A stretch of 44,596 nucleotides of DNA. It comes from Vulcanimicrobiota bacterium. Lineage in GTDB: Bacteria; Vulcanimicrobiota; Vulcanimicrobiia; Vulcanimicrobiales; Vulcanimicrobiaceae. This document shows, one piece after another, positions 19,250 through 29,665 of the stretch. The stretch lies in assembly GCA_003135555.1 (NCBI GenBank), contig PLCF01000020.1, positions 1 to 44,596 on the forward strand. The letters are read 5' to 3'. The notes beneath the pieces are model-generated. The model was not told the origin of the DNA. It did not search any database and saw nothing but the letters and a program-made list of their open reading frames with translations. The number at the start of each line of letters is the position of its first letter. The stretch's first letter is position 1. A program made the translations under genes and the position numbers.

Positions 19250-20035
19250 ATGCAGCTCGATGCGGGTCTCTCCGCCGTCGTCACCGGCGGCGCTTCGGGA
19301 CTCGGACTGGCCACGGCGCGAGCGCTGCGTGCGCGCGGCGTGAAGGTCGCACTCTTCGACGTCAACGCCGCGGCGGGCGAGCCGGTCGCGCGCGAGTTGG
19401 GCTGCGTCTTCTGCGCCGTCGACGTCACCTCCGATGCGCAAGTCGACGCGGCGTTCGCGAAGGCGCGCGCGGCCAACGGTCAGGAGCGGATCTTGGTGAA
19501 CTGCGCCGGCACCGGCAACGCGTTCAAGACCGCCGGGCGCAACAAGCAGACCGGCGCGATCGGGCACTTCCCGGTCGACGCGTTCGAACGCATCATCCAG
19601 ATCAACTTGATCGGAACCTTCCGCTGCATCGCCAAGTCGGCGGCGGGGATGCTGACCCTCGAACCGCTCGGCCCGGACGCGGAACGCGGCGCGATCGTCA
19701 ACACCGCATCGGTCGCGGCGACCGACGGCCAGATGGGTCAAGCGGCCTATTCGGCCTCTAAAGCCGGCATCGTCGGGCTGACGCTGCCGGTCGCGCGCGA
19801 CTTGATGAGCGAAGGGATTCGGGTCAACACGATCCTGCCCGGCATCTTCGACACACCGCTGCTCGGAGCGCTGCCCGAGAACGTGAAGAGCGCGCTGGCC
19901 GCATCGGTGCCGTTTCCCAAACGCCTGGGCAACCCCGACGACTTTGCCTCGCTGGCGTTGGAGATGATAACCAACGGCTACTTCAACGGCGAGCACGTCC
20001 GGCTCGACGGCGCGATCCGCATGGCGCCGCGCTGA
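19250..20035 (+). CDS. SDR family 3-hydroxyacyl-CoA dehydrogenase (HSD10-like)
   Basis: TGGASGLG, VNCAG, YSASK, FPKRLG, NGEHVRLDGAIRM. Confidence 0.9.
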   Translation: MQLDAGLSAVVTGGASGLGLATARALRARGVKVALFDVNAAAGEPVARELGCVFCAVDVTSDAQVDAAFAKARAANGQERILVNCAGTGNAFKTAGRNKQTGAIGHFPVDAFERIIQINLIGTFRCIAKSAAGMLTLEPLGPDAERGAIVNTASVAATDGQMGQAAYSASKAGIVGLTLPVARDLMSEGIRVNTILPGIFDTPLLGALPENVKSALAASVPFPKRLGNPDDFASLALEMITNGYFNGEHVRLDGAIRMAPR

Positions 20036-20039
20036 GCCG

Positions 20040-21131
20040 ATGAGCGGGCCGCTCGACGGCGTTCGCATCCTCGAATTCGCCGGCATCGGCCCGGCGCCGT
20101 TCTGCGCGATGCTGCTCGCCGACTTGGGCGCCGACGTCGTGCGCGTCGACCGCGACGACGACCCGGCCGCGCCCAACGAGGTGACCCGGCGCGGCCGAAC
20201 GTCGGTGGTGCTCGACCTCAAAGCGCCCGGCGACATCGCGTTCGCGCTGGCGGCGATCGACTGCGCCGACGTGCTCATCGAAGGCTTTCGTCCCGGCGTC
20301 ATGGAGCGGCTCGGCCTGGGCCCCGACGAGGCGTTGCGCCGCAACTCGCGGCTGGTCTACGGCCGCATGACCGGCTGGGGACAAAGCGGGCCGCTCGCGC
20401 ACGCGGCGGGGCACGACCTCACCTACATCGCGCTCACCGGTGCGCTCGCCGCGATGGGGCCGCCCGACGCGCCGCCGGCGCCGCCGCTCAACCTCGTCGG
20501 CGATTTCGGCGGCGGCGCGCTCTATCTCGCACTGGGGATCGCGGCGGCGCTCTACGAGCGCGAACGATCCGGCCGCGGTCAAGTGATCGACGCGGCGATC
20601 GTCGACGGCACCGCGTCGCTGATGGCGTTCTTCAACGGCGCTGCGGCGAGCGGGCTCATCTCGCTCGAGCGCGGCCGCAACCTGCTCGGCGGCGCCGCTC
20701 CGAACTACCGCTGTTACGAATGCGCCGACGGCCGCTACGTCGCGGTCGGCGCGCTCGAGCCGAAGTTCAACGCGATCCTGCTGCAGCGGCTCGGGGTCGA
20801 CGCACACCAAGAGCCCGATTGGGCGACGCAGTCGCGCACGCTGGCGGCGGTCTTCAAGCAACGCCCGCGCGACGAGTGGGCCGCCATGTTCGAAGGGACC
20901 GACGCGTGCGTCGCTCCGGTCCTCGCGCTGAGCGAGGCGCCCGAGCACCCGCACCTCCGCGCGCGCGGCGTCTACGTCGAACAGGACGGCGTGGTGGGTC
21001 CGGCGCCGGCGCCCCGCTTCTCGCGCACCCCCGGCGCCGTGCAACGCGGCGCGCCGCAACGCGGCGAAGGCGGGCGTGAAGCCCTGCGGCGCTGGGGCGT
21101 TACGTTGCCGTCGCCGGCGCAACCCCGCTGA
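20040..21131 (+). CDS. CaiB/BaiF family CoA-transferase / alpha-methylacyl-CoA racemase
   Basis: GIGPAPF, ADLGADV, EGFRPGVMERLGLG, GHDLTY, NLVGDFGGG, PAPRFSRT. Confidence 0.9.
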   Translation: MSGPLDGVRILEFAGIGPAPFCAMLLADLGADVVRVDRDDDPAAPNEVTRRGRTSVVLDLKAPGDIAFALAAIDCADVLIEGFRPGVMERLGLGPDEALRRNSRLVYGRMTGWGQSGPLAHAAGHDLTYIALTGALAAMGPPDAPPAPPLNLVGDFGGGALYLALGIAAALYERERSGRGQVIDAAIVDGTASLMAFFNGAAASGLISLERGRNLLGGAAPNYRCYECADGRYVAVGALEPKFNAILLQRLGVDAHQEPDWATQSRTLAAVFKQRPRDEWAAMFEGTDACVAPVLALSEAPEHPHLRARGVYVEQDGVVGPAPAPRFSRTPGAVQRGAPQRGEGGREALRRWGVTLPSPAQPR

Positions 21132-21387
21132 GCAGTTGCGCCACCTCGAGCGCGATCGCCGGGAGATCCTCGGTTACCAGGTGGGTACTCTGCGTGAGGG
21201 TCTCGTCGCCGCGGCCGGAGATGATCACCATCTGCATCGTGGTCACGACCTCGACGCGCACCCAACGGTCGCCGAGCCGCCAGATCGGATCGGCGCGATC
21301 GCTCCAGCCCACGACGAGCTCGCCCTCGCCGACCACCAGCGTCGGAACGAGCTCGCGTAGGCTGGCGTAGAGGTCACGCGTCCGCAT
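21100..21387 (-). CDS. Hypothetical protein
   Basis: 95-aa ORF MRTRDLYASLRELVP... with normal composition, downstream of the DUF6600 gene. Confidence 0.45.
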   Translation of the reverse strand: MRTRDLYASLRELVPTLVVGEGELVVGWSDRADPIWRLGDRWVRVEVVTTMQMVIISGRGDETLTQSTHLVTEDLPAIALEVAQLLSGVAPATAT

Positions 21388-21436
21388 CGCGGACTGATCC
21401 GCCGAAACTCGCGCGAGACCTTGCCCGCCGGAACGG

Positions 21437-23290
21437 TCAGGGCCGGTGGTGGTGTTCCGCGGGCGCGCGCTCGGTGTGTGGCGGGGTGGTGTGCGGTTGG
21501 GTTGCCGGTACGGCCCGCTCGTGATGCGGCTGTTCGGCGGGTGCGTGGTAAACGGGCGCCTCGCGCGTGGTGCGCGGGACGTCGTTCGCCCGCACCGCGT
21601 CGTTCGAGCGCTCGGCAGCACCGTGCGACCGCGGCGCGGCGGCATCGAAGCGGCTCCACGGCGACACCGGGTGGGCGGACTCGGTGCCCGTCGCCGGCAA
21701 CGTCGAGGTCGCGCGTGCATGCACCACCGGGACGCCGCGGCTCTGACCGAAGCGCGACCACGGGTCGGTCACAGGATGCGTGACCGTGGTGCCTTCGATG
21801 ATCTCGACGGTCCGGTGGCCGATCACTTCGCTCGCCCCGAACGCGGCGTGCGTCACCTGCGCGACCGCGCTGCGCTGTTGTTGGAACGGCACGCGCACGA
21901 CCGGCGCCGATTCGCCGGCGAAGTGACGTTGCAGACCCGGCCGCAGCGCCAGCTCCGTCCCCACCGGTCGATCGCTGAAGCGCAGGTTCTCGGTGCCGGG
22001 GACGACGCGCAGCGGACCGCGCACGACCGTGACCGAGCCCAATTGCGACGACGCGATCGGCCGCCCGCGCTCGAAACTTCCTTGCGCGAAGCGCTGGTAC
22101 GGCAGATACGAAACGCCGTTGTAGCGCGCGTTGCCGTAGTAGCGGGTGAACTGGCCGTGATTGAAGTGGCCGTAGTAGTTGTTGTTCACGTAGGTGATGT
22201 TGTTCACGATCGTGGTATTGCCGAAGCGCGGCCCCCACCACGGATAGTACGGCTCGAACGGGGCGAGCGGGACCCATGCGATGTTGCCGAACCCCAGGCC
22301 GAAGCCGTTGCCGAACGTCAGAAACCCAACCAGCGCCGGACGCCACGCGACGTAGGCGCGCTGCGGATACCAGCACCAGCCGTAGTGCGTGCTGTGGTAC
22401 CAGCGCCCGTAGTGATACGGCGCCCAACCCCAAGGCTCGTAACCGATCCAGGTCCAGCCGAAGCCGTCCTCCCAAACCCAGCGACCGTCGCGATACGGCG
22501 CCCAGTTTGCCGCGGTCGCGTACGGCGCCCAGACCTGACCGTACGGCGCGTCGGCGACCCAGTGCCCGTAGGTGTCGAGGTCGTCGATCCCCGACATCCC
22601 GGTCGCGGTGTACCCCAGATTCGCCAGCGCGCGCACTTCGCCGCGGTCGCGTTCTTCGTTGAAGCGGTCGAAGTCGTCGAGGGCGACGGTGGCGGCGGTC
22701 TCGATCGACGGACTCGCCGCGCTGCCCGATGCGATCAGCGTCGTGCCGGGGAGGAGCGCTTGCACCAGTTGCGGCGAGGTCACGTCGGCGCGGCCCGAAC
22801 GCACGGTAACCTGCGTGCGCCCGTCCGTCCCGACGGTGACGCGATAGCTGCCGGCACTGCGCGGGACGACCGAAACCGAGGGGGTATCGATCTGCAGGCG
22901 GCCCTCCGCGCTGCGCAGCAGGCGTAGTTCCACGGTGCCCTCCGCGAGCGCAACCTCGCGGTTCGCCGCATCGAGGTGGGTGAACCGCATCTGCACGTTC
23001 GAGCTCAGCCGCAGCGCGGTCGTCGCGTCGAGCTGCAGCTCCGCGCGCGACGCGTCGCCGGTCGTCACGTAGTCGCCGCCCAGAATCGGCGCGTTGATCA
23101 CCGCGCTGGTCTGGGTGGTCGCGTCGCCGCGTTGCACGGCGACCGACCCGCCGATGACGCTGATGCGGGCGACGCCGACCCCGGCGTTCGAGCCGTCGTC
23201 GGCGCGTGCGGCGAGGGGCGCGCCCAGGACGAGTGCCAGGGCGACGATCGCCCCGAGCGAGCTAGGAATCCGGGACGAGGATGATTGCAT
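21437..23290 (-). CDS. Secreted FecR-like plus DUF6600 (Trp/Tyr-rich) domain protein
   Basis: GGAGG RBS, signal peptide, VARISVIGGSV...RAELQLD FecR-like region, WAPYRDGRW/WGWAPYHYGRW motifs, low-complexity tail. Confidence 0.8.
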   Translation of the reverse strand: MQSSSSRIPSSLGAIVALALVLGAPLAARADDGSNAGVGVARISVIGGSVAVQRGDATTQTSAVINAPILGGDYVTTGDASRAELQLDATTALRLSSNVQMRFTHLDAANREVALAEGTVELRLLRSAEGRLQIDTPSVSVVPRSAGSYRVTVGTDGRTQVTVRSGRADVTSPQLVQALLPGTTLIASGSAASPSIETAATVALDDFDRFNEERDRGEVRALANLGYTATGMSGIDDLDTYGHWVADAPYGQVWAPYATAANWAPYRDGRWVWEDGFGWTWIGYEPWGWAPYHYGRWYHSTHYGWCWYPQRAYVAWRPALVGFLTFGNGFGLGFGNIAWVPLAPFEPYYPWWGPRFGNTTIVNNITYVNNNYYGHFNHGQFTRYYGNARYNGVSYLPYQRFAQGSFERGRPIASSQLGSVTVVRGPLRVVPGTENLRFSDRPVGTELALRPGLQRHFAGESAPVVRVPFQQQRSAVAQVTHAAFGASEVIGHRTVEIIEGTTVTHPVTDPWSRFGQSRGVPVVHARATSTLPATGTESAHPVSPWSRFDAAAPRSHGAAERSNDAVRANDVPRTTREAPVYHAPAEQPHHERAVPATQPHTTPPHTERAPAEHHHRP

Positions 23291-23347
23291 GAAACCGCCT
23301 CCGGAGGGTGGTGAACTTCAAACGGAACGAGCGCGGGGGAACGTTGC

Positions 23348-25030
23348 TTATCGCTCCAGGACGTAGGTCCCCGGTGCGGCCGCGACCGGGGCGTGTTCGG
23401 CGCTCCCCGGACCCGGCGGCGCGGAAACCGTTTCGGCGGAGCGCTGCGCCAGCCACTCCGTCCAGTCGGGCCACCACGACCCCTCGTGCTTGGGGGCCGC
23501 CGCCACCCAGGCGTCGGGATCGGGCGGGTTGGCAGTGCCCGACGGTGCGCCCCACCACACCGCCTTCTTCTTACCCGGCGGGCTGATGATCCCCGCGATG
23601 TGCCCCGAGGCGCCCAGCCGGAACGTCGTCGCGCCGCCGATCAACCGCGTCATGGCATAGACCGAGCGCCACGGCGCGATGTGGTCCTCCGACGTCGCGA
23701 CGCAGTAGGTATCGAGCCGTATGCGTCCCAGGTCGATCGGGACGCCGTCGACCTCGAGCGCGTCGGGCTTGGCCAGGTTGTTCTCGACGTACATCTGGCG
23801 CAGGTAGTACGAGTGGGTCGCGCGCGGGATGCGCGTCGCGTCGCTGTTCCAATAGAGCAGGTCGAAGGCCGGCGCGTCCTTGCCGAGCAGGTAGCGGTTC
23901 ACCGCGACGTTCCAGATGAGATCGTTGGCGCGTAGCATGTTGAAGGTGTCCGCCATCTCGCGCCCGCTCAGCACGCCTTGCTCGTTCATCCGCTCTTCGA
24001 TGTTCGCGAGCGCCTCGCCGGAGAGAAACGCCATGACCTCGCCGGGATCGGTGAAGTCGACCAGCGCCGCGAAGAAGGTCGCCGTGTTCACGAGCTTCTG
24101 CTCGGTCCGCGCCAGGTACGCCAAGGCCGTCGCCAGCAGCGTTCCGCCGATGCAGTACCCGATCGCGTCGACGTCGGTGCTGCCGGCGATCTCGGCCGCG
24201 ACGCGCGCGGCGGTGAGCGGGCCCAGCTTCACGTAGTCGGCCCAGGTCAGGTGCGCCAGCGACGCGTCGGGATTGCGCCAGGACACCACGAACGTGTTGC
24301 GCCCGGCATCCGTCGCATACTTGACGAAGCTGTTGGCCGGCTGCAAGTCGAGGATGTAGAACTTGTTGATCCAGGGCGGCACGATGACCAGCGGGCGCGC
24401 ATAGGTCCGCTCTTGCGTGGGCGTGTACTGGATCAGCTCGATGAGCTCGTTGCGGAAGACGACCGCACCGGGGGTGGTCGCCACGTTGGTGCCGACCTCG
24501 AACGCGGCCGCGTCGACGAGCGCCGGCCGCCCGGCGTTGTCACGTTGATCGGCGATCACGTTCTGCAGGCCACGCTGGAAGTTCGCGCCGCCGCTGCGCA
24601 TCGTCTCTTCGAGAACGTCGGGATTGAACCACGGCACGTTGGTCGGGCTCATCGCGTCGCAGAACTGCTTGGCGAAGAACTTCACCCGCTTACGCGTCGC
24701 GTCGTCGACGCCTTCGGCCCGGTCGACCGAGTCCAGTACCGCCTTGGTCGCGAGCAGATAGCCCTGCTTGAGCGCGTCGAAGTACGAGTTCGACGTCCAG
24801 GCCGGGTTGCTGAAACGGCGGTCGGCCGGGTCGGGCGCGACCACCGGCTCGCCGCCGGGCGGCTCTCCCTCCGCCGCGGCGTTCGCATCGCGCGCGATGA
24901 CGCCGGCCAACGACGTGCCCAGCTCGAGCTGCGTTTCGAGCAGCTTCCCGGGCGTCGTCATCATGGCGCGCCAGACTTCCATCGACATGGCGCCGACGCC
25001 GAGCGGATCGAACGGGTTCTTGGCGCTCAT
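23348..25030 (-). CDS. phaC: Poly(3-hydroxyalkanoate) synthase, class I/II
   Basis: DRRF, ATTPG.VV, PPWINKFYILDL, lipase box GYCIGG, DHIAP, SGHIAG, GSWWPDW, APGTYV. Confidence 0.95.
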   Translation of the reverse strand: MSAKNPFDPLGVGAMSMEVWRAMMTTPGKLLETQLELGTSLAGVIARDANAAAEGEPPGGEPVVAPDPADRRFSNPAWTSNSYFDALKQGYLLATKAVLDSVDRAEGVDDATRKRVKFFAKQFCDAMSPTNVPWFNPDVLEETMRSGGANFQRGLQNVIADQRDNAGRPALVDAAAFEVGTNVATTPGAVVFRNELIELIQYTPTQERTYARPLVIVPPWINKFYILDLQPANSFVKYATDAGRNTFVVSWRNPDASLAHLTWADYVKLGPLTAARVAAEIAGSTDVDAIGYCIGGTLLATALAYLARTEQKLVNTATFFAALVDFTDPGEVMAFLSGEALANIEERMNEQGVLSGREMADTFNMLRANDLIWNVAVNRYLLGKDAPAFDLLYWNSDATRIPRATHSYYLRQMYVENNLAKPDALEVDGVPIDLGRIRLDTYCVATSEDHIAPWRSVYAMTRLIGGATTFRLGASGHIAGIISPPGKKKAVWWGAPSGTANPPDPDAWVAAAPKHEGSWWPDWTEWLAQRSAETVSAPPGPGSAEHAPVAAAPGTYVLER

Positions 25031-25089
25031 ACGGGGCCTGCGTAGTTCTACGGACGCCGCCGCCGCCCCCTAGCCGTTACCGTAGGTTC

Positions 25090-25959
25090 ATGGGATCGTC
25101 CGAGCACGCCGCAGCGCTCCGCCGCTTCGCCGCGCTCGCGTTGCGCGACGACGACACCATCCATCCCCGCGGCGGCAGCATGCTGCTGGCCCACCGGTCG
25201 CCGACCCGGCGCGCGTTCGTGTTCCTGCACGGGCTGACCGCCAGCCCGATGCAGTGGGACGCGCTCGCGCGCCGGCTCCACGGCCACGGCGACTCGGTCG
25301 TCGTCCCGCGACTGCCCGGACACGGCGCGCGCAACCAACTCACCACCCAGCTGCGCAACCTGCGCACGCCGCACCTCATCGACGCGGCACGGGAAGCACT
25401 CGCGATCGCGCGCGGGCTGGGCACGTCGGTGACGGTCGTCGGGTTCTCGCTGGGCGGGCTGCTGGCAGCGTGGCTCGCGCAGCACGAGCGCGTCGAGCAT
25501 GTCGTGGCCATCGCACCGGTTCTGGGCATCGCGGGGATCCCGCAAATCGCGACGCCGCTGGTCGCCGCGGGGCTCAGCGCGCTGCCCAACGTTTTTCTGT
25601 GGTGGGATCCGGTGCGCCGCGGGCGCAATTTGCCCGACCACGGCTACCCGCGCTATCCGACGCACGCGATCGCCGAAGCGCTGCATCTCGCCGGCGCGCT
25701 CGCCCGCTTCGCGCGCACGACCCCGCCGGCGACGCGGCGGATCACCATCGTGACCAACGCCAGCGAGACGGGCGTGAACAACGGTGCCGCGCGCGCGCTG
25801 GCCCGCTTGTGGCAGGCGCACGACGCGGGCGCGGTCCTGCTGCGGCGGATCACCGGACTGCCGCCGTCGCACGACGTGATCGAACCGCTGCGTCCCGGCA
25901 CGCTGGCCCGGCGCGCCTATCGGCAGCTCCTACCGATCCTCTACGACGACGGCCCTTAG
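25090..25959 (+). CDS. Alpha/beta hydrolase (esterase/lipase-like)
   Basis: HGLT oxyanion motif, PRLPGHG, nucleophile elbow GFSLGG, C-terminal His (SHD). Confidence 0.85.
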   Translation: MGSSEHAAALRRFAALALRDDDTIHPRGGSMLLAHRSPTRRAFVFLHGLTASPMQWDALARRLHGHGDSVVVPRLPGHGARNQLTTQLRNLRTPHLIDAAREALAIARGLGTSVTVVGFSLGGLLAAWLAQHERVEHVVAIAPVLGIAGIPQIATPLVAAGLSALPNVFLWWDPVRRGRNLPDHGYPRYPTHAIAEALHLAGALARFARTTPPATRRITIVTNASETGVNNGAARALARLWQAHDAGAVLLRRITGLPPSHDVIEPLRPGTLARRAYRQLLPILYDDGP

Positions 25960-26765
25960 AGCGAGAATCGCATGCGACGTTGGGACGCGATTTCTTTCCA
26001 CGATTCGTTCGACTCGAGCGCGACGTGAAGGGGTCCGTGCCGCGGTTCGTTCAGGAGAATCAGCGTGTATTGCGCGAAGTGTGCGGCCAGGGCGTCGAGC
26101 AACGCCGCCGCGGACTCCGCGTCCGGCGCGCCGGCGTCGAGAATCATGGCTCGCTCGCCGTCACGGCGCACGAACGCGTACGCATCCTGGTCCCCGGCGG
26201 CGGCGACGCTGAGCGACTCGAACGGTACGGCAGCGGCGACGCTGCGCGGCTCGCGTTGCCAGCAGGCGAACGGGGCTCGTGGGTACCCCTCGGGCGCTCC
26301 GGTCCGATCGATGCGCGCGCCGGCCGGCGCGCGGCCGCCGCGAACCGCTCCAGGCGCCCGCGACCACACGCCGAGCCGGCCGATCTCGTCGAAGCCGGCG
26401 TGGGCGTAGAGCCCGATCGCAGCGGCGTTGTTTTCGAGCACCTCGAGCTCGATGCTGCGCGCGCCGGAGTCGCACGCGATCGCCAGCGTTTCCGCAAGAT
26501 AGCGCTGCGCGTAGCCGCGCCCGCGGTGCTCGGGGACGACGCCGAACGCTCCGACCCAGGCACGGTCACCGCGAAATGCCAGCAACGCAGCAGCCGAGAG
26601 CGTCCCGTCCACGGTCCAGCGTGGCGAGCGGGCGAGGTCGACGTCGTTGTGGCCGACGTGATCGCGAAACCAGGCCGCCGTCATCGCCGGCGGATCGCCG
26701 AATACCTCGCCGCGAAAGGTTGCGTTGAGGTCGCCGACCGTCACCGGCCGAGCGAGGTCACGCAT
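25956..26765 (-). CDS. GNAT family N-acetyltransferase
   Basis: GVVPEHRGRGYA acetyl-CoA motif; LEVLENNAAAIGLY..AGF. Confidence 0.8.
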   Translation of the reverse strand: MRDLARPVTVGDLNATFRGEVFGDPPAMTAAWFRDHVGHNDVDLARSPRWTVDGTLSAAALLAFRGDRAWVGAFGVVPEHRGRGYAQRYLAETLAIACDSGARSIELEVLENNAAAIGLYAHAGFDEIGRLGVWSRAPGAVRGGRAPAGARIDRTGAPEGYPRAPFACWQREPRSVAAAVPFESLSVAAAGDQDAYAFVRRDGERAMILDAGAPDAESAAALLDALAAHFAQYTLILLNEPRHGPLHVALESNESWKEIASQRRMRFSL

Positions 26766-27555
26766 CGGGGTCGCGCGCCGTCTCGGCCACGAACGCCGCG
26801 ACCTGCGCGAGCACGAGCTCCGGCGCATCGCGGTGCGGGCTGTGACGAGCGCCCGCGACGAGCAGCGTCCGGCTGTCGCGGACGCGCGCTGCGATGGCGT
26901 CGAGCTGCGCGGTCGTGCCGTACTCGTCGGCGTCGCCTTGGATGAGCAGGACCGGACAGCGCACGCGCTGCGCATACGCCTCGATGTTCCAGCTGCGAAA
27001 GCGCGCGTCGAGCCAGATGTCGTTCCAGCCGTAGAAGGTCGCATCGGGGTCGTCGTGCCAACGTTTCAACTTGGCGGGCAGGTCGGTGACGGCGTATGCG
27101 GATTTCGCCTCGGCGATGCTGCGCACGCTGATCTCTTCGACGAAGACGTGCGGCGCTTCGAGGATCAGCGCACGCACCGCCCCGGAATGCGTCCCCGCGT
27201 AGATCAGCGCGATCGACGCGCCGTCGCTGTGCCCGAACAGGATCGGGCGGACGAGGCCGAGCTGCGCGAGCAGCGCCGGGAGCACGACGTCGGCCTCGCG
27301 ATGCATGTAGTCCGGCTCGCGTTTTGCGCGCAGCACGTCGGAGCGTCCGTAGCCGTGGCGCGAGTACGCCACGACGGTACGGCCGGTGCGTTCGGCCAGC
27401 GACCGTGGAAAATCGCGCCACAGCCCGACCGACCCGAGCCCTTCGTGCAGCAAGACGATCGCCGGGCGCATCGCATCGCCGTCGTAACGAAGCGTCTCGA
27501 GCCGCGCGCCGCCGACGTGGACGTCCTGCGTCACCGAGTCGAGCGGCTCGGGCAA
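26758..27555 (-). CDS. Alpha/beta fold hydrolase
   Basis: LHEGLGS, YSRHGYG, GHSDGASIA, QGDADEYG, HSPH. Confidence 0.9.
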   Translation of the reverse strand: MPEPLDSVTQDVHVGGARLETLRYDGDAMRPAIVLLHEGLGSVGLWRDFPRSLAERTGRTVVAYSRHGYGRSDVLRAKREPDYMHREADVVLPALLAQLGLVRPILFGHSDGASIALIYAGTHSGAVRALILEAPHVFVEEISVRSIAEAKSAYAVTDLPAKLKRWHDDPDATFYGWNDIWLDARFRSWNIEAYAQRVRCPVLLIQGDADEYGTTAQLDAIAARVRDSRTLLVAGARHSPHRDAPELVLAQVAAFVAETARDPDA

Positions 27556-27558
27556 GCG

Positions 27559-29577
27559 CTAGCGCTCGAGGGTGAAACTGGGGATGGCCGCCACCACGCC
27601 GGTCTTCTCGCCGGGCCGGTCGAGCCGCCGCACGTGCGGCCACAGCATCGTGTCGGGCCACGCCGGCGAGTGCGGCCGCGCGGCGCGCGGCGGGTTGCAG
27701 CCCACCATGCACGTCGACCGCGCGGGGACCGGCGCGCCGCGCAGCTTGCGTGCCGTCGCGTCGAGCGCCGCGACGACCGCGTGCGTGTACGCCCGGGCGC
27801 CCAAGACGTTCGGATGCACGCCGTCGGGCGCGAAGTAATCCAGATGGTGCGCCGACGCGCCATACCAGTCGGCCAGCGCGGCGTTGGCGTACAGCGGGAC
27901 CACGCGCCGCATGAGCGCGTCGTTGTCGTCCTGCCACGGCCTGGGGACGCGCGCGTTGACGACCACGACGTGTTGAGAGGCTTTGAGCGCGCTCAAGATC
28001 GCGCGCAGGGTCGGCTCGTCGACCGTCCCGTTGTTTCCGAGATCGAGGATCATCGTCGGCTGCGCGATCCCGTCGCGCACGAGCCGCCGCACGACGTCGA
28101 GCGTCGTCGTCGCCTGGCGGCCGACGACCGCGTCGACCCGCACGACGTTGACCTGATGCGCGATCCAGCTGCTGACGCCGAGCATGACCGAATCGCCGAC
28201 CAGCATCGCCGGCACTTTCGCAGCTGTGTGCGCCGCGGCGGATCGTGCTTTGGCGCCCGGACGGCCGTGCCGCGCAAGCTTGTGAACCTGCTCGCCCGGC
28301 GGTGCGGCAAGCGGCGCGAGCGAGGCGGCGTACACACTGATGGCGCGGTTCGCCAGCACGGCCTCCGCGCAAGCGGCACACAGGACCAGCGCGGCCGCCG
28401 AGACACTGACCCAGCGGAACTTCGCGGGGCTCCAAGCGCGAACGCGCGACCACAACCGGCCCAGCGCGCCGCGCCGCACCGGCATCTCGACGAAGCGGTA
28501 TGACGCTTCCGCAACGAGCGCCGTGATCGACACGCGTAACACGAAGTCGGGGAGTGCGCTCAACGCAACGTCGACTCCTGGTCGCGTCGCTTGGAAGATC
28601 GGCCAGTGCCACAGGTACATTCCGTACGAACGCTCGCCGATCCAACGCAGCGGCCGCCAGGCCAGCACTCGGCCCAGACGCAGTGCCGGATGCGTCGCGA
28701 CGACGATCAAAACGACCGTCAAGGCGCCGGCGATGGGGAAGCCCACCAAGTAGAGCCTGCCGGTCGCTTCGTTGACCGCGTAAAACGTCAGCGCCAGCGC
28801 GACGAGTACGGCGACACCGAGCAGCTCGAGGATCCAGCGCGCGGGCACCGCGAGTGCGCTCGCGCACGCCGCAGGCCGCCAGGCGGTGGCGAGAGCCGCG
28901 CCCAGAAACAGCCCGACCGAATGCGTGTCGGTGCCGTAGTACAGATGGCTTACCGATGCGCTCGCGGCGTCGAGCCGGACGCCGAACGCAAGCATCACCG
29001 CGCAGGATGCGGCGGCGCAGATCCAGGCGATGCGTCCCACTCCGCGCGTCCCGAGCAGCGAGAGCGCGACGATCATCACCAGCGGCCAAATCAGGTAGAA
29101 CTGCGCTTCGACCGCCAGCGACCAGGTGTGTTGCAGCAGCAACGGCCGGCCGATCGACTCGAAGTACGACTGTTGGTTCAGAACGAACCACCAGTTGCTC
29201 AACCCGTTCATGACCCAGGGCAGATCGCGCCACGTGGACGCCACCGAATCCGCCATGAACAGCGTGGAGTACGTCGCGACCACCAGCAGCATGACGATCA
29301 GCGCCGGCAGCAGCCGGCGCGCGCGGCTGTGGTAGAACTGGCGCAAATCGATGCGCCCGCCGGCGGCGTACTGATGGATGAGCAGGCTGGTGATCAGATA
29401 GCCGCTCAGCGCGAAGAAGACGTCGACCCCGAGAAACCCGCCCGAGAGCGGGCCGACTCCGCCATGATAGAACAGGACGGCGACGATCGCGATAGCGCGA
29501 ATGCCGTCGAGGGCCGGCAGGTACGACAAACGGGCGCCGGACGGTACACCGTCAGGCGCCGCCGATGCGGAGCTCAC
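27559..29577 (-). CDS. Acyltransferase-3 plus SGNH domain O-acetyltransferase (OatA/OafA-like)
   Basis: LDGIRAIA, GGFLGVDVFF, RARRLLP, HTWSLAVEAQFY; C-terminal GDSV, GNN and DGVHP. Confidence 0.9.
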   Translation of the reverse strand: MSSASAAPDGVPSGARLSYLPALDGIRAIAIVAVLFYHGGVGPLSGGFLGVDVFFALSGYLITSLLIHQYAAGGRIDLRQFYHSRARRLLPALIVMLLVVATYSTLFMADSVASTWRDLPWVMNGLSNWWFVLNQQSYFESIGRPLLLQHTWSLAVEAQFYLIWPLVMIVALSLLGTRGVGRIAWICAAASCAVMLAFGVRLDAASASVSHLYYGTDTHSVGLFLGAALATAWRPAACASALAVPARWILELLGVAVLVALALTFYAVNEATGRLYLVGFPIAGALTVVLIVVATHPALRLGRVLAWRPLRWIGERSYGMYLWHWPIFQATRPGVDVALSALPDFVLRVSITALVAEASYRFVEMPVRRGALGRLWSRVRAWSPAKFRWVSVSAAALVLCAACAEAVLANRAISVYAASLAPLAAPPGEQVHKLARHGRPGAKARSAAAHTAAKVPAMLVGDSVMLGVSSWIAHQVNVVRVDAVVGRQATTTLDVVRRLVRDGIAQPTMILDLGNNGTVDEPTLRAILSALKASQHVVVVNARVPRPWQDDNDALMRRVVPLYANAALADWYGASAHHLDYFAPDGVHPNVLGARAYTHAVVAALDATARKLRGAPVPARSTCMVGCNPPRAARPHSPAWPDTMLWPHVRRLDRPGEKTGVVAAIPSFTLER

Positions 29578-29665
29578 CGTGGCCGTTTCGTACGACCAAC
29601 CAAGCCCGAGTCCCGCCGTCGCGTGCGCGCGCTGCGTTAGGTTATGAACAATTGCGGCGCCGCCG

